A DNA stretch of 64,000 nt from an uncultured Chloroflexia bacterium (GCA_963827475.1 CAWHAZ010000005.1:384001-448000), one strand, 5' to 3'. Counted from the first letter of the stretch, positions 1 to 11,216 are shown. Notes: a model not told the origin generated them from the sequence alone. Made by a program: numbers and translations.

Positions 1-86
1 AGGTCGGCTCCCATGCCGACGTACTGCGAGCCCTGGCCGGGGAACACGAAGGCGTGCGCGCCGGCCATCACGTCAGGTGTGGACAT
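1..86 (-). CDS. fabD: Malonyl-CoA:ACP transacylase, 5' end only (runs off the window)
   Basis: Reverse strand reads MSTPDVMAGAHAFVFPGQGSQYVGMGAD; FPGQGSQ is the FabD N-terminal signature. Confidence 0.85.
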   Translation of the reverse strand, partial: MSTPDVMAGAHAFVFPGQGSQYVGMGAD

Positions 87-153
87 GTTGACCCAGGGTG
101 CGTCCCTCTCGAATGAGGTCGCGAGTATAGGGCCGTGGGAGCACGCTCGGCCA

Positions 154-1551
154 CTAGGCTTCCTCGACGGCCGCGAAGCGGCGGACGACCTCGTCGAGAA
201 CCGGGACCCCGAACCGGATGGCGCTCACCGGCACACGCTCGTCGTGGCCGTGGAACACCTCGAGGAACGGGGCGCCGTCCAGGCGGAGCGGGACGAAGCC
301 GTAGGTCGGGATTCCGAGCGTGGCAAGCGCCTTCGCATCGGTTCCGAGCGTGATCATCATCGGCAGGGCGACGGCGTCGGGGTCGGCGCGCCGGAGCGCG
401 TCGCGCATGAGGCCGACGATGGGTGCGGCAGGATCAGCTTCGATCGCCGGCATGCTCATCACCGCCTCGACCGTCACGTCCGGCCCGGCCAGGTCCTGGA
501 GCCGCGCGGCGAGCGCCGCCTGGTCCGTGCCGGGCAGGGTGCGGACGTCGATCTCCGCCATCCCGTGGCCGGGGATGACGTTCACCTTGGTCCCGACCTG
601 GAGCACGGTCGGGGTGATCGTGTCCCGCAGCATGGCGCCCAGGGAGCGGCGAAGCGTCGGATCCGCGACTGCCTGGTCGAGCGCGGCGCGTGCCGCACGG
701 TGATCGCCGGGCACGAGGTCCGCGACATCGCCCAGGCCGAGGGCGGCGAAGAACTCGCGGACCACCGGTGGGCGGGTCGCCGCTGGGCGGCGGCGTCGGC
801 CAGGCGGGCCACGGCCTCGGCCAGGCGGATGGCGGGATTCTCGGCGTGGGGCATGCTGCCGTGGCCCGGCGTCCCCGTGGCGTGGAGCCGGGTCCAGATG
901 ATGCCCTTCTCCGCCACCTGGATCGCGTACGCCCGCCGGTCACCGATCGTCATCGAGTACCCGCCGACCTCGTTCAGGGCCGCCGCCGCCGGGCCGGCCT
1001 CGGACGAGAACAGGTCCGGGCGGGCGCTGACCCAGTGCCGCGCGCCGTGCTCCCCGCCGGCCTCCTCGTCCGCGACGGCGGCGAAGATGACGTCCCGTCG
1101 CAGCGGGACGCCGGATCGGCGCAGGCCGACCATGACCGCCAGCTCCATGGCCACCATGTCCTTCATGTCCACCGCGCCCCGGCCCCACACCACGCCGTCG
1201 ACCAGCTCCCCGCCGAACGGGTCGCGGGACCAGGCGTCGGCCTCGACGGGCACGACGTCGATGTGGCTGAGGAGGACCAGTGGCGGCTCCGGGCTCGTGA
1301 CCGAGGGGTCGGCCGCGGAGCCGCGCGAAGCAGCTCCCCCGGCCCGGCGCGGCCTCGAGCACCTCCGCCGCGACTCCCGCGGCGGTGAGGACCTCGGCGC
1401 AGTAGCGGGCGGCCGCCGTCTCCCCGCCGGTCGAGTCTCGCCCGGCCGCGGTCAGCGGGTCGCCCGGGGGGTTGACCGACGGGATGCGGATGAGCTCCCG
1501 GAGATGGGTGATGGCCTCGTCGGCGTCGGCGGTGGGCGGGACGGCGTTCAC
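154..1551 (-). CDS. M20/M25/M40 family metallopeptidase/deacylase (two apparent frameshifts)
   Basis: Pieces in three frames: LRELIRIPSVNPPG, WGRGAVDMK, ADEEAGG, GHGSMP, KVNVIPG, TDAK, HGHDER. Confidence 0.85.
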
Positions 1552-2505
1552 GGATCGCGAACGCGAGCGGGGACTGTGGCCAGCTGCCCGTCCGACACGG
1601 CTTCGGCGGCCGCCTGGTCCCGCCGCTGGTCAACCAGCCGTGAGACCCCGATGTCGGCCACGAGCAGCGCCACCGAGGTCAGCAGCAGGACCGGCTCCGC
1701 GGTGGCCAGGCCCATGAGCAGCAGGGCGAGCAGGAAGAAGCCGTGCATCGAGAAGCGGGTGAAGAACGCGAGGCGGAGGTCGACGATGGCGGCGGCCTGG
1801 CCGTTCGGCGCCAGCCGCCCCGATCCGAAGGTTCCTGCCCAGGAGATGGCCACGAAGACGATGAGCGTCAGCCCGAACAGCCACAGGCCGCCGCCCGGCT
1901 CGGCGTTCGTGAGCTCCATGATCATGGCGAACGGGATGATCGAGGTCAGGAGGATGGCAAACGCCGGGATCGGAACGCCGAGCTGGAGCCACTCCAGCTG
2001 AGGGCGGGTCGCGGCGACATCGCGCAGCCATCGGCTCAGCAGGCTGAAGCCAAGGGTGACGAACAGCCAGGCGTAGAAGTTGCCGGCCGGGACGCCGAAC
2101 CAGCCCTGGTCCAGGTCCGACGCCGACCCAGGTCCACATCCCCATCCGGATGGCGACCGCGTCGAAGGCGAGGTCGAGCATGATCACGAGCACCGCATCG
2201 ACGAACGGCGCCGTCCAGCGGCGAACGCCGAGGGCGTCGGTGATCCGCATCGCGCCGGCGATGAGCAGCGCCCAGGTGAGGCCGATGACCAGCGGGGCTC
2301 GGTCGAGGACCAGCACCCAGTCGGGGCTGTAGTGGTAGGTCTGGAAGATGAGCTGGTCGCCTTCCTCCAGCAGGAGGCCGAAGGCCGCCGCGCTGAGGAG
2401 CTCGAGGAACGGCAGCCGGCCGCGGCGGAGCGCGGCAACCGCCGCCCCGACGAACAGGAGCGACGCCGCGACCTCGAGGAAGAAGAAGACGGGGTTCACC
2501 GGCAC
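1548..2505 (-). CDS. Carotenoid biosynthesis (CruF/DUF422-like) membrane protein (frameshift near 2120)
   Basis: Multi-TM; motifs APLVIGLTW, DLAFDAVAIRMGMWTW, then WFGVPAGNFYAW in the next frame; TATGAT -10 just before the GTG. Confidence 0.6.
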
Positions 2506-2563
2506 GGCTCGATCATAGGGGGGCCCGGTTCGGACGGCCAAGAGGCGGTCGTAGAATGCCGGC

Positions 2564-4007
2564 ATGACCACCGAGGTGCGCGCGCCGAGCGTCCCGATCT
2601 ACCTCGCCGGCGAGTTCGTCGAGGCCGGGACCCCGCTCGAGGTCCGCAACCCGGCCAGCGGGGAGCTGGTGGCCACCACCTGGCAGGCGGGCCCCGACGA
2701 GCTGGAGCGCGCCACCGCGGCGGCGTCGAGCGCCTTCGCCCAGACCCGACGGCTCGCCAGCTTCGAGCGGCGGGACGCGCTCCAGCACGTGGCGGACTGC
2801 ATCGCCCGTGACGCGGACGAGCTGGCCGAGCTGCTCACCCGCGAGTCGGGCAAGCCGATCCGCGACGCCCGGGCCGAGGTCGCCCGCGGCAGCCTGACGT
2901 TCCGGACCGCGGCCGAGGAGGCGCTCCGCATCAACGGGGAGTGGATCCCCCTCGATTGGACGGCCGCCAACCGGGGACGGAGCGGCATCGTCCGCCGCTA
3001 CCCGATCGGCCCGGTGGCCGGCATCAGCCCGTTCAACTTCCCGCTCAACCTGGCTGCGCACAAGGTCGCGCCCGCGATCGCCGCCGGCTGCCCGATCGTG
3101 CTCAAGCCGCCGAGCAAGGACCCGCTGGTCGATGCTCCGGGTGGCCGGCTACCTGGCCGAGACGGACCTGCCCGCCGGCGCGGTGAGCATCCTGCCCATG
3201 GACCGCCCCACCGGTGACCGGATGGTCGCGGACGATCGGTTCAAGCTCCTCAGCTTCACCGGCAGCCCCAGCGTGGGCTGGAAGATGAAGACCGATGCCG
3301 GCCGCAAGAAGGTGGTCCTCGAGCTGGGCGGCAACGCCGGGGTCATCGTCGACGAGACCGCCGACCTCGACTGGGCGGTCGCGCGGCTGGTGTTCGGCGC
3401 CTTTGCCTACGCCGGTCAGGTCTGCATCAGCGTCCAGCGCATCTACGTCGTGGAGTCGATCTATCCCGAGTTCGAGCGGCGCTTCGTCGAAAAGGTGCGC
3501 GAGGTGAAGATGGGCGATCCGCTCGACCCGGCCTCGGACCTCGGACCGATGGTCGACGAGGCGGCGGTGGCCCGGACCGATACGTGGGTCCGCGAGGCGC
3601 TGGCCGACGGAGCGCGGGCCCTGACCGGGGGCACGGCCGACGGGCTGTTCTACGCGCCCACCATCCTCGTCGACGTGCCCCGGGACGCTCGGGTCTGCGG
3701 GGAGGAGGTCTTCGCCCCGGTCGTCAACCTGTTCCCCGTTCCGGATTTCGCGGCCGCCCTGCGCGAGATCAACGACAGCCGGTTCGGGCTCCAGTGCGGG
3801 GTGTTCACGAGCTCACTGGAGCGAACTCTCGCCGCCCACGACGAGCTGGAGGTCGGCGGCATCATCGTCAACGACGTGCCCACCTGGCGGACCGACGCCA
3901 TGCCCTACGGCGGGGTCAAGGACTCCGGACTCGGCCGCGAGGGCCTGCGCTGGTCGATCGAGGACATGACCGAGCCCCGCCTGCTGGCCTTTGCCCGCCC
4001 GCTCTGA
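2564..4007 (+). CDS. NAD(P)-dependent aldehyde dehydrogenase (frameshift near 3130)
   Basis: ISPFNFPLNL, FTGS, LELGGN, AGQVCIS, EEVFAPV, PYGGVKDSG motifs. Confidence 0.92.
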
Positions 4008-4352
4008 GTGACCCAGGCCGCCACCCGCTTCGTCCGGATCCTGCCCGCCGCGGACCTCCAGGACGGGGAGCTGATCCCGGTCGCCATCGACGGCCGGCCG
4101 GTGGTCCTCGTCCGCCACCAGGGTGAGTTCTTCGCGGTCCAGAACAACTGCACGCACAAGGACTACCCCCTGTCCGAGGCCGGATTCGACGCCCGGGACG
4201 GGGTCCTGGTGTGCGCCTGGCACGACGGCTGCTTCGACGTCCGGACCGGCGCCGCGGTCGCGCTGCCGGCGACCGAGCCGGTCGAGACCTTCCCCACCCG
4301 GGTGGATGCCGACGGCTGGGTCGAGATCGGTCTGACCGGGAGCCTGCAATGA
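4008..4352 (+). CDS. Rieske-type [2Fe-2S] ferredoxin
   Basis: CTH...CAWHDGCFDVRTG Rieske ligand pattern. Confidence 0.9.
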   Translation: MTQAATRFVRILPAADLQDGELIPVAIDGRPVVLVRHQGEFFAVQNNCTHKDYPLSEAGFDARDGVLVCAWHDGCFDVRTGAAVALPATEPVETFPTRVDADGWVEIGLTGSLQ

Positions 4353-5129
4353 GCATCGAGGCGCTGCCCTACGTCAACTGGATCTTCTGGGGGGCGCTGT
4401 CGGGCGGCACCCTGCTGGCGGTCGGCCTGACCGAGTGGCTGGGCGGCACGACCCGCGGCTACCGCCTGTTCATGGCCGTCGCGGTGCTGGCCGGCGCCGC
4501 GATCTGGCTCGCCTCCGAGATGGGCCTGGCGCCGGTGCCCGCCACCGACGCCACCGCCGAACTCCGTCGCGCGCTTGGTCTGGGCTCTTCGGCGGCCTCG
4601 CCCTCGCGTACGCGATCGCCCTGTGGCGGACGTGGCCGCGGACCGGGCTGCGCCGTCGGCGGGGGAGCGGCCGGCATCGCGGCCCTGGTGAGCCTCGCGG
4701 TAGCCGGAGGTACGGCCAACCCCGACCCTGTTCGCCGCCGGGCTGGTGGCCGCAGCGGTGGCCCTCGGATCGGTCAATGCCGCCATGCTGCTCGGCCACT
4801 GGTACCTCGTCACCCCCAAGCTGTCTCCGGCCCCGCTCCGCCGGCTGATCTGGGTCCTGATCGGCGCCCTGGTCGCGGAGGGCCTCCTGGCCGCGTGGTC
4901 GCTGGTCGTCTCCGGCGCGGATCTCACGGGCGACACGACCTGGCTCATTGGCCTGCGCTTCGGAGTCGGCATCGTCCTGCCGCTCGCCATCGCCGTCGCG
5001 GCGCTGCTCGCCTCCCGGGCCGCCTCGCTGCAGGCCACGACCGGCCTGCTGTACATCGGGTTGGCGATGGTCATGGCCGGCACCATCGGCGCCGCCTCGC
5101 TCAGCTACCTGGGCGGGACCCCGGTCTAG
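4349..5129 (+). CDS. Conserved multi-pass membrane protein (frameshifted)
   Basis: ATG overlaps the ferredoxin stop; hydrophobic helices across three frames; AMLLGHWYLVTP motif. Confidence 0.6.
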
Positions 5130-5133
5130 GCCG

Positions 5134-5796
5134 ATGCGCGTCGTCGTTCGCTGCTTCGCCACCCTCCGCGAGGCGAGCGCCGCGCGCTCGGAGCTCGAGC
5201 TGGCCGACCCCGCGTCCGTCGACACGGCCTGGGCCACCCTCGCGGCGCGGTACCCCGCCATCGAGCCGCATCGGTCCTTCACCCAGCCTGCCCGCAACGG
5301 GGTGGCCGTCGGCTGGGACGAACCGCTTGGCGAGGGTGACGAGGTCGCCTTCCTGCCGCCGGTCTCGGGTGGGGGCGACACGCCCACGGTCGGCCTGAGC
5401 GACGGACCGATCGACGTCGAGGCCCTGGAGCGGATCGCGGGCGCCGGCCACGGGGCGGTGGTCACCTTCGTCGGCCGCGCCCGCAACCGCGGCGACGACG
5501 GCCGGGAGGTCACCGGCCTCGAGTACGAGGCCTACCCCGAGATGGCGGAGGCGACCCTGCGGGCGGTGGCCGGCGAGGTGCCGGAGCGCTGGCCGGACTG
5601 CTCGGTCGCGGTCGTGCACCGAATCGGGACCGTGCCCATCGGCGAGGCGGCAGTGGTCATCGTGACCGCGGCCCCGCATCGGTCAGACGCGTACGAGGCG
5701 AATCGGTATGTCATCGAGGCCATCAAGGCTCGGCTGCCGATCTGGAAGCTCGAGCACTTCGCCGATGGCTCCCGCTGGAAGCGCCCGGGGGCTTAG
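5134..5796 (+). CDS. moaDE: Fused molybdopterin synthase MoaD-MoaE
   Basis: N-terminal ubiquitin-like part ending FLPPVSGG, then MoaE motifs GAVVTFVG, LEYEAY, HRIG, APHR, IKARLPIWK. Confidence 0.9.
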   Translation: MRVVVRCFATLREASAARSELELADPASVDTAWATLAARYPAIEPHRSFTQPARNGVAVGWDEPLGEGDEVAFLPPVSGGGDTPTVGLSDGPIDVEALERIAGAGHGAVVTFVGRARNRGDDGREVTGLEYEAYPEMAEATLRAVAGEVPERWPDCSVAVVHRIGTVPIGEAAVVIVTAAPHRSDAYEANRYVIEAIKARLPIWKLEHFADGSRWKRPGA

Positions 5797-5805
5797 GATC
5801 GACCG

Positions 5806-5976
5806 ATGGACAGCGAGTACCGCGAGCCCTCGTGGCGCGGCGTGATCCTGACCCTCGTCGCGGTCATCGTCGTGCTCGCCGGGCTCGTCTTTCTCACCTC
5901 GTACGTCCTGCAGCAGGCCTGCGATCCAGGCACGGTGAGCTGCGCTATCCCGTCGGCGCCTGATCCAGGGAACTGA
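5806..5976 (+). CDS. Small single-TM protein (56 aa), not in the ORF track
   Basis: MDSEYREPSWRGVILTLVAVIVVLAGLVFLTSYVLQQACDPGTVSC...; TAGGAT -10 six nt before the ATG. Confidence 0.55.
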   Translation: MDSEYREPSWRGVILTLVAVIVVLAGLVFLTSYVLQQACDPGTVSCAIPSAPDPGN

Positions 5977-6483
5977 CGCCCGCCAGGAAGGCACGGACCT
6001 CGTCCGAGGACCGGAGACGAACCACCGCGAGGTGGGGGTGCGCGGCGAGCAGCCGCGGGTAGTCGCGTCGCCGGCGCTCGAACGTCGTCCAGGCCCAGAG
6101 GACGATGGAGTCGCGGCTGAGCGTGGTGCGCAGGCTCTCCCGGTTTCCATTCCACAGGACTTCGCGGCTGACCATCCGCCGGATCGTGCGGGAGATCACG
6201 CGCCACATGACGACCGGTCGCGACAGATCGAGCCAGACGACCGTGTCGGCGCGCTGCCAGACGATGTCGCGGACGGCGCTGTAGTTGCCATCGATGACCC
6301 ACGCGTCCTCGGCGGAGGCGTCGGCGACCCGCGTGCGGAGGACCGGCGTCGGGACGCTCTGCCAGTCCGGACCCAGGACAGCGCGTCGAGCTCGACGTGC
6401 CGGATACCCAGGCGGTCGGCGAGCGCCGCGGCGACCGTCGTCTTCCCGGAGCCGCTCGTTCCGATCACGTTGACCCGGCGCAT
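5945..6483 (-). CDS. Adenylate kinase-like P-loop protein (FlaR/topology modulation family), frameshift near 6380
   Basis: RVNVIGTSGSGKTT, HVELD, WVIDGNY, RADTVVWLD. Confidence 0.8.
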
Positions 6484-6548
6484 GCCGGCGGAGGATAGCG
6501 GGGTGCCCGGTGGCGCCGAAGTGATCCGTCGGGGCACAATGCGCGCCA

Positions 6549-7781
6549 ATGCCTGATACCGGTGGCGACGTCCTGTGCCCGACCTGTGGCCAGTGGACGC
6601 CCCCAGCCCCCTTCTGCACCGAGTGCGGAGCGACCCTGCAGGTTGGCTTCCGTGAGCCCGGCGAGAGCGGCGACGGCGCCTTTCGTCGCGGCCACGAGGT
6701 AGACCAGCCGGGCTCGCCGTGGGGCCCGGGTGAGCGCTTCGAGCCGGAGCCGGAGGACCAGGCGGCTCGTGCGGCGGCCGCCGCGGCCGCCGCAGCCGCC
6801 GGGGCGGCTGGAGCCGCTGGAGCAGCCCGCGTTGATCACCTGGCCGAGGCCGAAGAGGCCGAGCCTCCGTGGCCGCCGGTCGATTCCGCGGCCGCCACGC
6901 CGCCTCCCGCCGACGTGCCTGTCGAGGGCCCTGAGCCCGAGCCTCCCCCTGCCCCGAAACGTCGGACCCGGGCGAAAACCGCCGCGGCCGCCGCCGGGGT
7001 CGCGGCGGCGGGTGCTGCAGCTGGTGCCACCGCCGGGGCCGCCGCGGCAGCGGCATCACCGCCATCGACACCCGAGCCGGCTAGCCCCGAGGCTTCGGCT
7101 CCCGAGCCGCCTCCTGCCGTCGAACCACCTCCCGCCGCACCCCCGCCGCCTCCTGCCGCACCCCCGCCCGTCACGTATGCCGGACCGCCGCGGGACGGTG
7201 ACGACGGCAACAGCGGCGTCTCCGGGCTGGTGTTCGTTGTCTTCCTCGGGATCGGCGTCCTTGCTCTCCTGGGCGGCGCCGTCCTCGGAGGCGTCTTCGA
7301 TGGCCCGGTCGCCGAAGCCTCGCCGACGCCCTCGATCACGGCGTCGACGCCGACCCCGGAGCCGCTGTCATCGGCCACGCCGGAGTCCTCGGCCCTCCCC
7401 ACCGCGCCCGGACCCACTCCCACGCCTGCCGTCACCCCGCCTCCGGCGGCGGATGGGTTCCTGGCACGGGCCGAGCCGTGCGCCGAGCCGCCGAGCAGTC
7501 CGACCTGCGACAACAGCGGCGCCGAGAACAACGGCGACGTCTGGATCCTGGTCAGCTTCCGCCACGCTCAGCCGACCGACGCCATCGCGGTGAGCATCCA
7601 CGACGACTCAGGGGCGTCGGTCGCTCAGAGCAACCCGATCCCACTTGCCTTCTGCGGCGCGAACACCGACTGCGCCGGCTGGACGTTCTTCGATTTCCAC
7701 GGCCTGGACGACGGCGACTACGAAGCGCGCGTCACCCGCAACGGGACCCAGGCCGCGACGACCGAGTTCACGGTCAACTGA
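6549..7781 (+). CDS. Zinc-ribbon / Pro-Ala-rich linker / single-TM protein with an extracellular Cys-containing domain
   Basis: CPTC..FCTECG at the N-terminus, low-complexity P/A region, TM near aa 225-250, Ig-like-looking C-terminus. Confidence 0.65.
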   Translation: MPDTGGDVLCPTCGQWTPPAPFCTECGATLQVGFREPGESGDGAFRRGHEVDQPGSPWGPGERFEPEPEDQAARAAAAAAAAAAGAAGAAGAARVDHLAEAEEAEPPWPPVDSAAATPPPADVPVEGPEPEPPPAPKRRTRAKTAAAAAGVAAAGAAAGATAGAAAAAASPPSTPEPASPEASAPEPPPAVEPPPAAPPPPPAAPPPVTYAGPPRDGDDGNSGVSGLVFVVFLGIGVLALLGGAVLGGVFDGPVAEASPTPSITASTPTPEPLSSATPESSALPTAPGPTPTPAVTPPPAADGFLARAEPCAEPPSSPTCDNSGAENNGDVWILVSFRHAQPTDAIAVSIHDDSGASVAQSNPIPLAFCGANTDCAGWTFFDFHGLDDGDYEARVTRNGTQAATTEFTVN

Positions 7782-7784
7782 CGG

Positions 7785-8849
7785 TCAGCGGACCGTCTGG
7801 CGGGCCGGCTCCCGACGGTCGCGGCGGCGCGCCGCAAGCGCGCTGAGCGCCTCGAGCACGCACCGGTGGGCGGCCGCGGCCGTCACCTCTGAGACGTCGT
7901 ACGGGGGAGCCACCTCGACCACGTCCATCCCGACCAGCTCGACGGCGGCCGCCACCTGGCGCACCGCGCGCAGCAGCTCGCGGGTGAGCATCCCGCCCGG
8001 CTCCGGCGTCCCCGTGCCGGGCGCCATGCCCGGATCGATGACGTCGATGTCGACCGAGAGGTAGATGACCTCGGGGCCGTCCAGCGCCTCCGCGATCGCG
8101 TCGGTGACCACGGCTTCCGCCCCGCGGGACTCGATCTCGGTCATGAGATGCCAGCGCATCTCGCGCTCGCGCATCCAGGCCAGCGTCTCGGCCGGCGGCC
8201 AGTAGCCACGCAGCCCGACCTGGACGAAGTTGCGCCCGGCCACGGCGCCGGACTCGATGAGCCGCCGCATCGGCGTGCCGTGGGACAGGAGCTGGCCCCA
8301 GGTGTTGTCTCCGGTGTCGGCGTGGGCGTCGAAGTGGACGATGCCCAGCCGGCGCGGTGCCACGGCTTCGGCAACCGCGCTCGCCGAGGGGAACGTGATC
8401 GAGTGGTCGCCGCCGAGGACGATCGGGATCGCGCCGGCGTTCGCCACCTCGAGCACCCGCGCTCGAATGACCTGGTGGCCGCGCTCGAGTCGGCCGGGGA
8501 CGACGGGCGCGTCCCCGCCGTCGACCACGTCGAGCCAGTCGAAGGGGTCGACCCCGGTCTGGAGCGAGTGGATGTCCCCGGCGTGGTACGACGCCGCGCG
8601 GATCGCGCGCGGCCCGAAGCGGGCGCCGGGCCGGTGGCTCACCCCGTCGTCGAGCGGCGCACCGAGGATGACCACATCGGGGCGTCGCGCGGCCAGCGCG
8701 GCGCCATCGGTCACCAGCGGAAGCTTCTGGAAGGTCGTGCTGCCGAGGTAGGACGGAAGGTTGAAGTCGTCCCACTCGTGGAGTGGATCCGCGCCGTCCG
8801 GAGGAGCCGGGTCCTCTTTGCCACGACCGGGCAGGTGACGATCACTCAT
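7785..8849 (-). CDS. speB: Agmatinase-family ureohydrolase
   Basis: RPGARFGPRAIR, GGDHS, DAHAD, SHGTP, SVDIDVIDP..APGTGTPEPGG; the exact substrate is uncertain. Confidence 0.85.
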   Translation of the reverse strand: MSDRHLPGRGKEDPAPPDGADPLHEWDDFNLPSYLGSTTFQKLPLVTDGAALAARRPDVVILGAPLDDGVSHRPGARFGPRAIRAASYHAGDIHSLQTGVDPFDWLDVVDGGDAPVVPGRLERGHQVIRARVLEVANAGAIPIVLGGDHSITFPSASAVAEAVAPRRLGIVHFDAHADTGDNTWGQLLSHGTPMRRLIESGAVAGRNFVQVGLRGYWPPAETLAWMREREMRWHLMTEIESRGAEAVVTDAIAEALDGPEVIYLSVDIDVIDPGMAPGTGTPEPGGMLTRELLRAVRQVAAAVELVGMDVVEVAPPYDVSEVTAAAAHRCVLEALSALAARRRDRREPARQTVR

Positions 8850-8940
8850 GTGCATCGGGCCTGTCACCGGGGGCGCCGTCGCGGCGCGGAGCTGGCCCGC
8901 CGGGCGCTTCGATCGTAGCAGAGGGGGGTACCATCCGGAC

Positions 8941-9345
8941 ATGGGCGAGGGCCGCCGCAGCTACACGATCGAGGAGGCCAATGCCCTGCTGCCGGAGGTC
9001 CGGGCCGTGCTCCTGCAGCTGGCGGTGGAGAAGGGCCGGCTGGAGAACGTGGTGGCGTCGCTCGCCGCCCACGCGGGCGGGGGCGCGGGCAACGGGAACG
9101 TGGCGCATGCCGACGCCATGGCCCGTTCGGAGGCCGAGATGACCGAGATCGGGGGCGGGATGCGAGCCCTGGTCGAGCATCTCGAGTCGCTCGGGATCGA
9201 GGTCCGCGACCTCGAGCAGGGGCTGGTCGACTTCCCCGGCGAGCGGGACGGGCGGCCGGTCTGGCTGTGCTGGCTGCTCGCCGAGCCAGCCGTCGAACAC
9301 TGGCACCCGATCGACGAGGGGTTCGCCGGCCGTCTGCCCTGGTGA
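8941..9345 (+). CDS. DUF2203-like protein
   Basis: YTIEEANALLP...GLVDFP...VWLCW...WH..DEGFAGR pattern. Confidence 0.8.
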   Translation: MGEGRRSYTIEEANALLPEVRAVLLQLAVEKGRLENVVASLAAHAGGGAGNGNVAHADAMARSEAEMTEIGGGMRALVEHLESLGIEVRDLEQGLVDFPGERDGRPVWLCWLLAEPAVEHWHPIDEGFAGRLPW

Positions 9346-10265
9346 GCGGACCGATGCGCTTCGTGGTGGTGGGTGACGCGACGCTGGACGTCACCGTCCG
9401 CGACGCGGCCCCGGTGCCGGGCTCCGACCACGCGGCCGCGATCGCGGTCGGGCCGGGCGGGCAGGGCGCGAACCTCGCCGTCCGACTTGCCCGGCAGGGT
9501 GCCACGGTCCGCCTGGTGACCGCCGTCGGGCCGGACGCCGCCGGTCGGCAGCTGGAGGCCCTCCTCGCCGCGGAGGGCGTCGACGTGCGGAACCTCGGCG
9601 CCGCGCGGAGCGGGATCGTGGTGTCCCTCGTCGATGGTTCCGGGGAGCGGGCGATGCTCTCCGATCGCGTCTCGCTGGATCCGGCGGCGTGGTCCGAGGG
9701 ATGGGAGCTCCTGGACGATGCGGACTGGATCCACGTCTCCGGCTACCCCCTCGCGGACCCGGCCGGCGGAGCGGGCCTGGCCGACCTGGTCGGGGCACGA
9801 CCGGCAGACCAGCGCGCCAGCGTGGGCGGAGGCTCGTTCGCGGCCGGCGCCGGGATCGCGGACCGGCTGCGGGCGGCGCGACCGGACCTCGTCCTGTTCG
9901 ACCGGCTGGAGGCCGCCGCGATCGTCGGCCAGGGGGAGCCGGACGGTCTCGCGGCCGAGGCGCTGGCCGCGGGCGTCGTCGAGCGTATCGGCGGCATCGC
10001 CGTGGTGACCGATGGCCCGGCCGGGGCGGCCGTCGCCACCGCTGATGGCTCGTGGTCGGTCGCGGGCCGCCCGGAGCCGCGGGTGGACGCCACCGGCGCG
10101 GGCGACGCGCACGCGGCCGGCATCCTGCTGGCGCTTGCCGGCGGGCCGTGGCCGCCGGCGGCGGACGATCTGCGACGCGCGCTCGAGTCTGGCGGGCAGC
10201 TGGGTGCCGAGGCCGCCGGACGTGCCGGAGCCCAGGCCAGGCTGCCGTCGGAGGCCCGGTCGTGA
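9342..10265 (+). CDS. psuK: PfkB-family kinase, probably pseudouridine kinase
   Basis: GGQGANLA and VDATGAGDA PfkB motifs; GTGA overlap with psuG. The substrate is inferred from gene context. Confidence 0.7.
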   Translation: MSGPMRFVVVGDATLDVTVRDAAPVPGSDHAAAIAVGPGGQGANLAVRLARQGATVRLVTAVGPDAAGRQLEALLAAEGVDVRNLGAARSGIVVSLVDGSGERAMLSDRVSLDPAAWSEGWELLDDADWIHVSGYPLADPAGGAGLADLVGARPADQRASVGGGSFAAGAGIADRLRAARPDLVLFDRLEAAAIVGQGEPDGLAAEALAAGVVERIGGIAVVTDGPAGAAVATADGSWSVAGRPEPRVDATGAGDAHAAGILLALAGGPWPPAADDLRRALESGGQLGAEAAGRAGAQARLPSEARS

Positions 10266-11183
10266 GCGGGGAGTGGCTGGCGATCAGCGCCGAGGTCCGC
10301 GACGCGCTGGAACGAGGCCACGCGGTCGTGGCCCTCGAGTCCTCCCTGGTCGCCCAGGGCCTGCCTGCGCCCGCACAACCTCGAGACGGCGCGAGCCGCG
10401 GAGGAGGCGGTCCGTGCCGCCGGCGCGGTGCCGGCCACGACCGCGATCGACGGTGGTCGGGCGGTCGTGGGCGCTGACGGCCCGCTGCTGGAGCGACTGG
10501 CGGACCCCGACGCCCACCCGGCGAAGGGCGGGTCGCGCGACCTCGGCCCGCTCCTCGGGTCCGGAGCCCTGGCCTCGACGACGGTGAGCGCGACGATGCG
10601 GATCGCCCACGCGGCCGGCATCGCGATCATGGCCACCGGCGGGATCGGCGGCGTCCACCGCGGGGCGACGCGCTCCTTCGACATCAGCGCGGACATCGAC
10701 GAGCTGGCCGCCACGCCGGTGGCCGTCGTGTGCAGCGGCGCGAAGGCGATCCTCGACCTGCCGGCCACGCTCGAGCTGCTGGAGTCCCGCCGCGTGCCCG
10801 TCGTCGGCCTGAGGACCGCGGAGCTGCCCGCGTTCTACAGCCGCGAGAGCGGGCTGCCTCTCAGCCACGTCGCGGGATCGGCGGCCGAAGCGGCAGGCTT
10901 CCTCGCCGCCCACCGGGCGGTGCCCGGGTCGGCGGGGATGCTCCTCGTCCAGCCACCGCCCGACGCGGTGGCCATTCCAGCTCCAGAGGTCGAGGCCTGG
11001 ATCGGCGCCGCGTTGCTGGCGGCGGAATCGGAGGGCATCCGGGGCGCTGCCGTGACGCCGTACCTGCTCAGCCACGTGGTGGCGGCGTCGGACGGGCGCG
11101 CCCTGCGCGCCAACATCGGTCTGATCGTGGCCAATGCCGGTGCGGCTGCCGAATTGGCCGTGGCACTCGGCGCGCTATCCTAG
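10262..11183 (+). CDS. psuG: Pseudouridine-5'-phosphate glycosidase (frameshift near 10375)
   Basis: VVALESS, STTVSATM, ATGGIGGVHRG, DISADIDEL, GAKAILDL, VTPYLL. Confidence 0.9.
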
Positions 11184-11216
11184 CCGCGGGCCCATCACTC
11201 TCTCCGGGAGGACAGG

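Noticed and set aside
6760-7170. GCC/CCG-rich repeats as a tandem array or CRISPR
   Set aside because: They encode Ala/Pro low-complexity linker and show no repeat-spacer structure. No CRISPR array, IS element or rRNA was seen in the window.
8850-8925. Guanidine riboswitch upstream of the agmatinase-like gene
   Set aside because: The leader can fold (CGGGCC/GGCCCG enclosing a GCGCCG/CGGCGC hairpin), but it lacks the twin ACGR loops and other ykkC consensus features.
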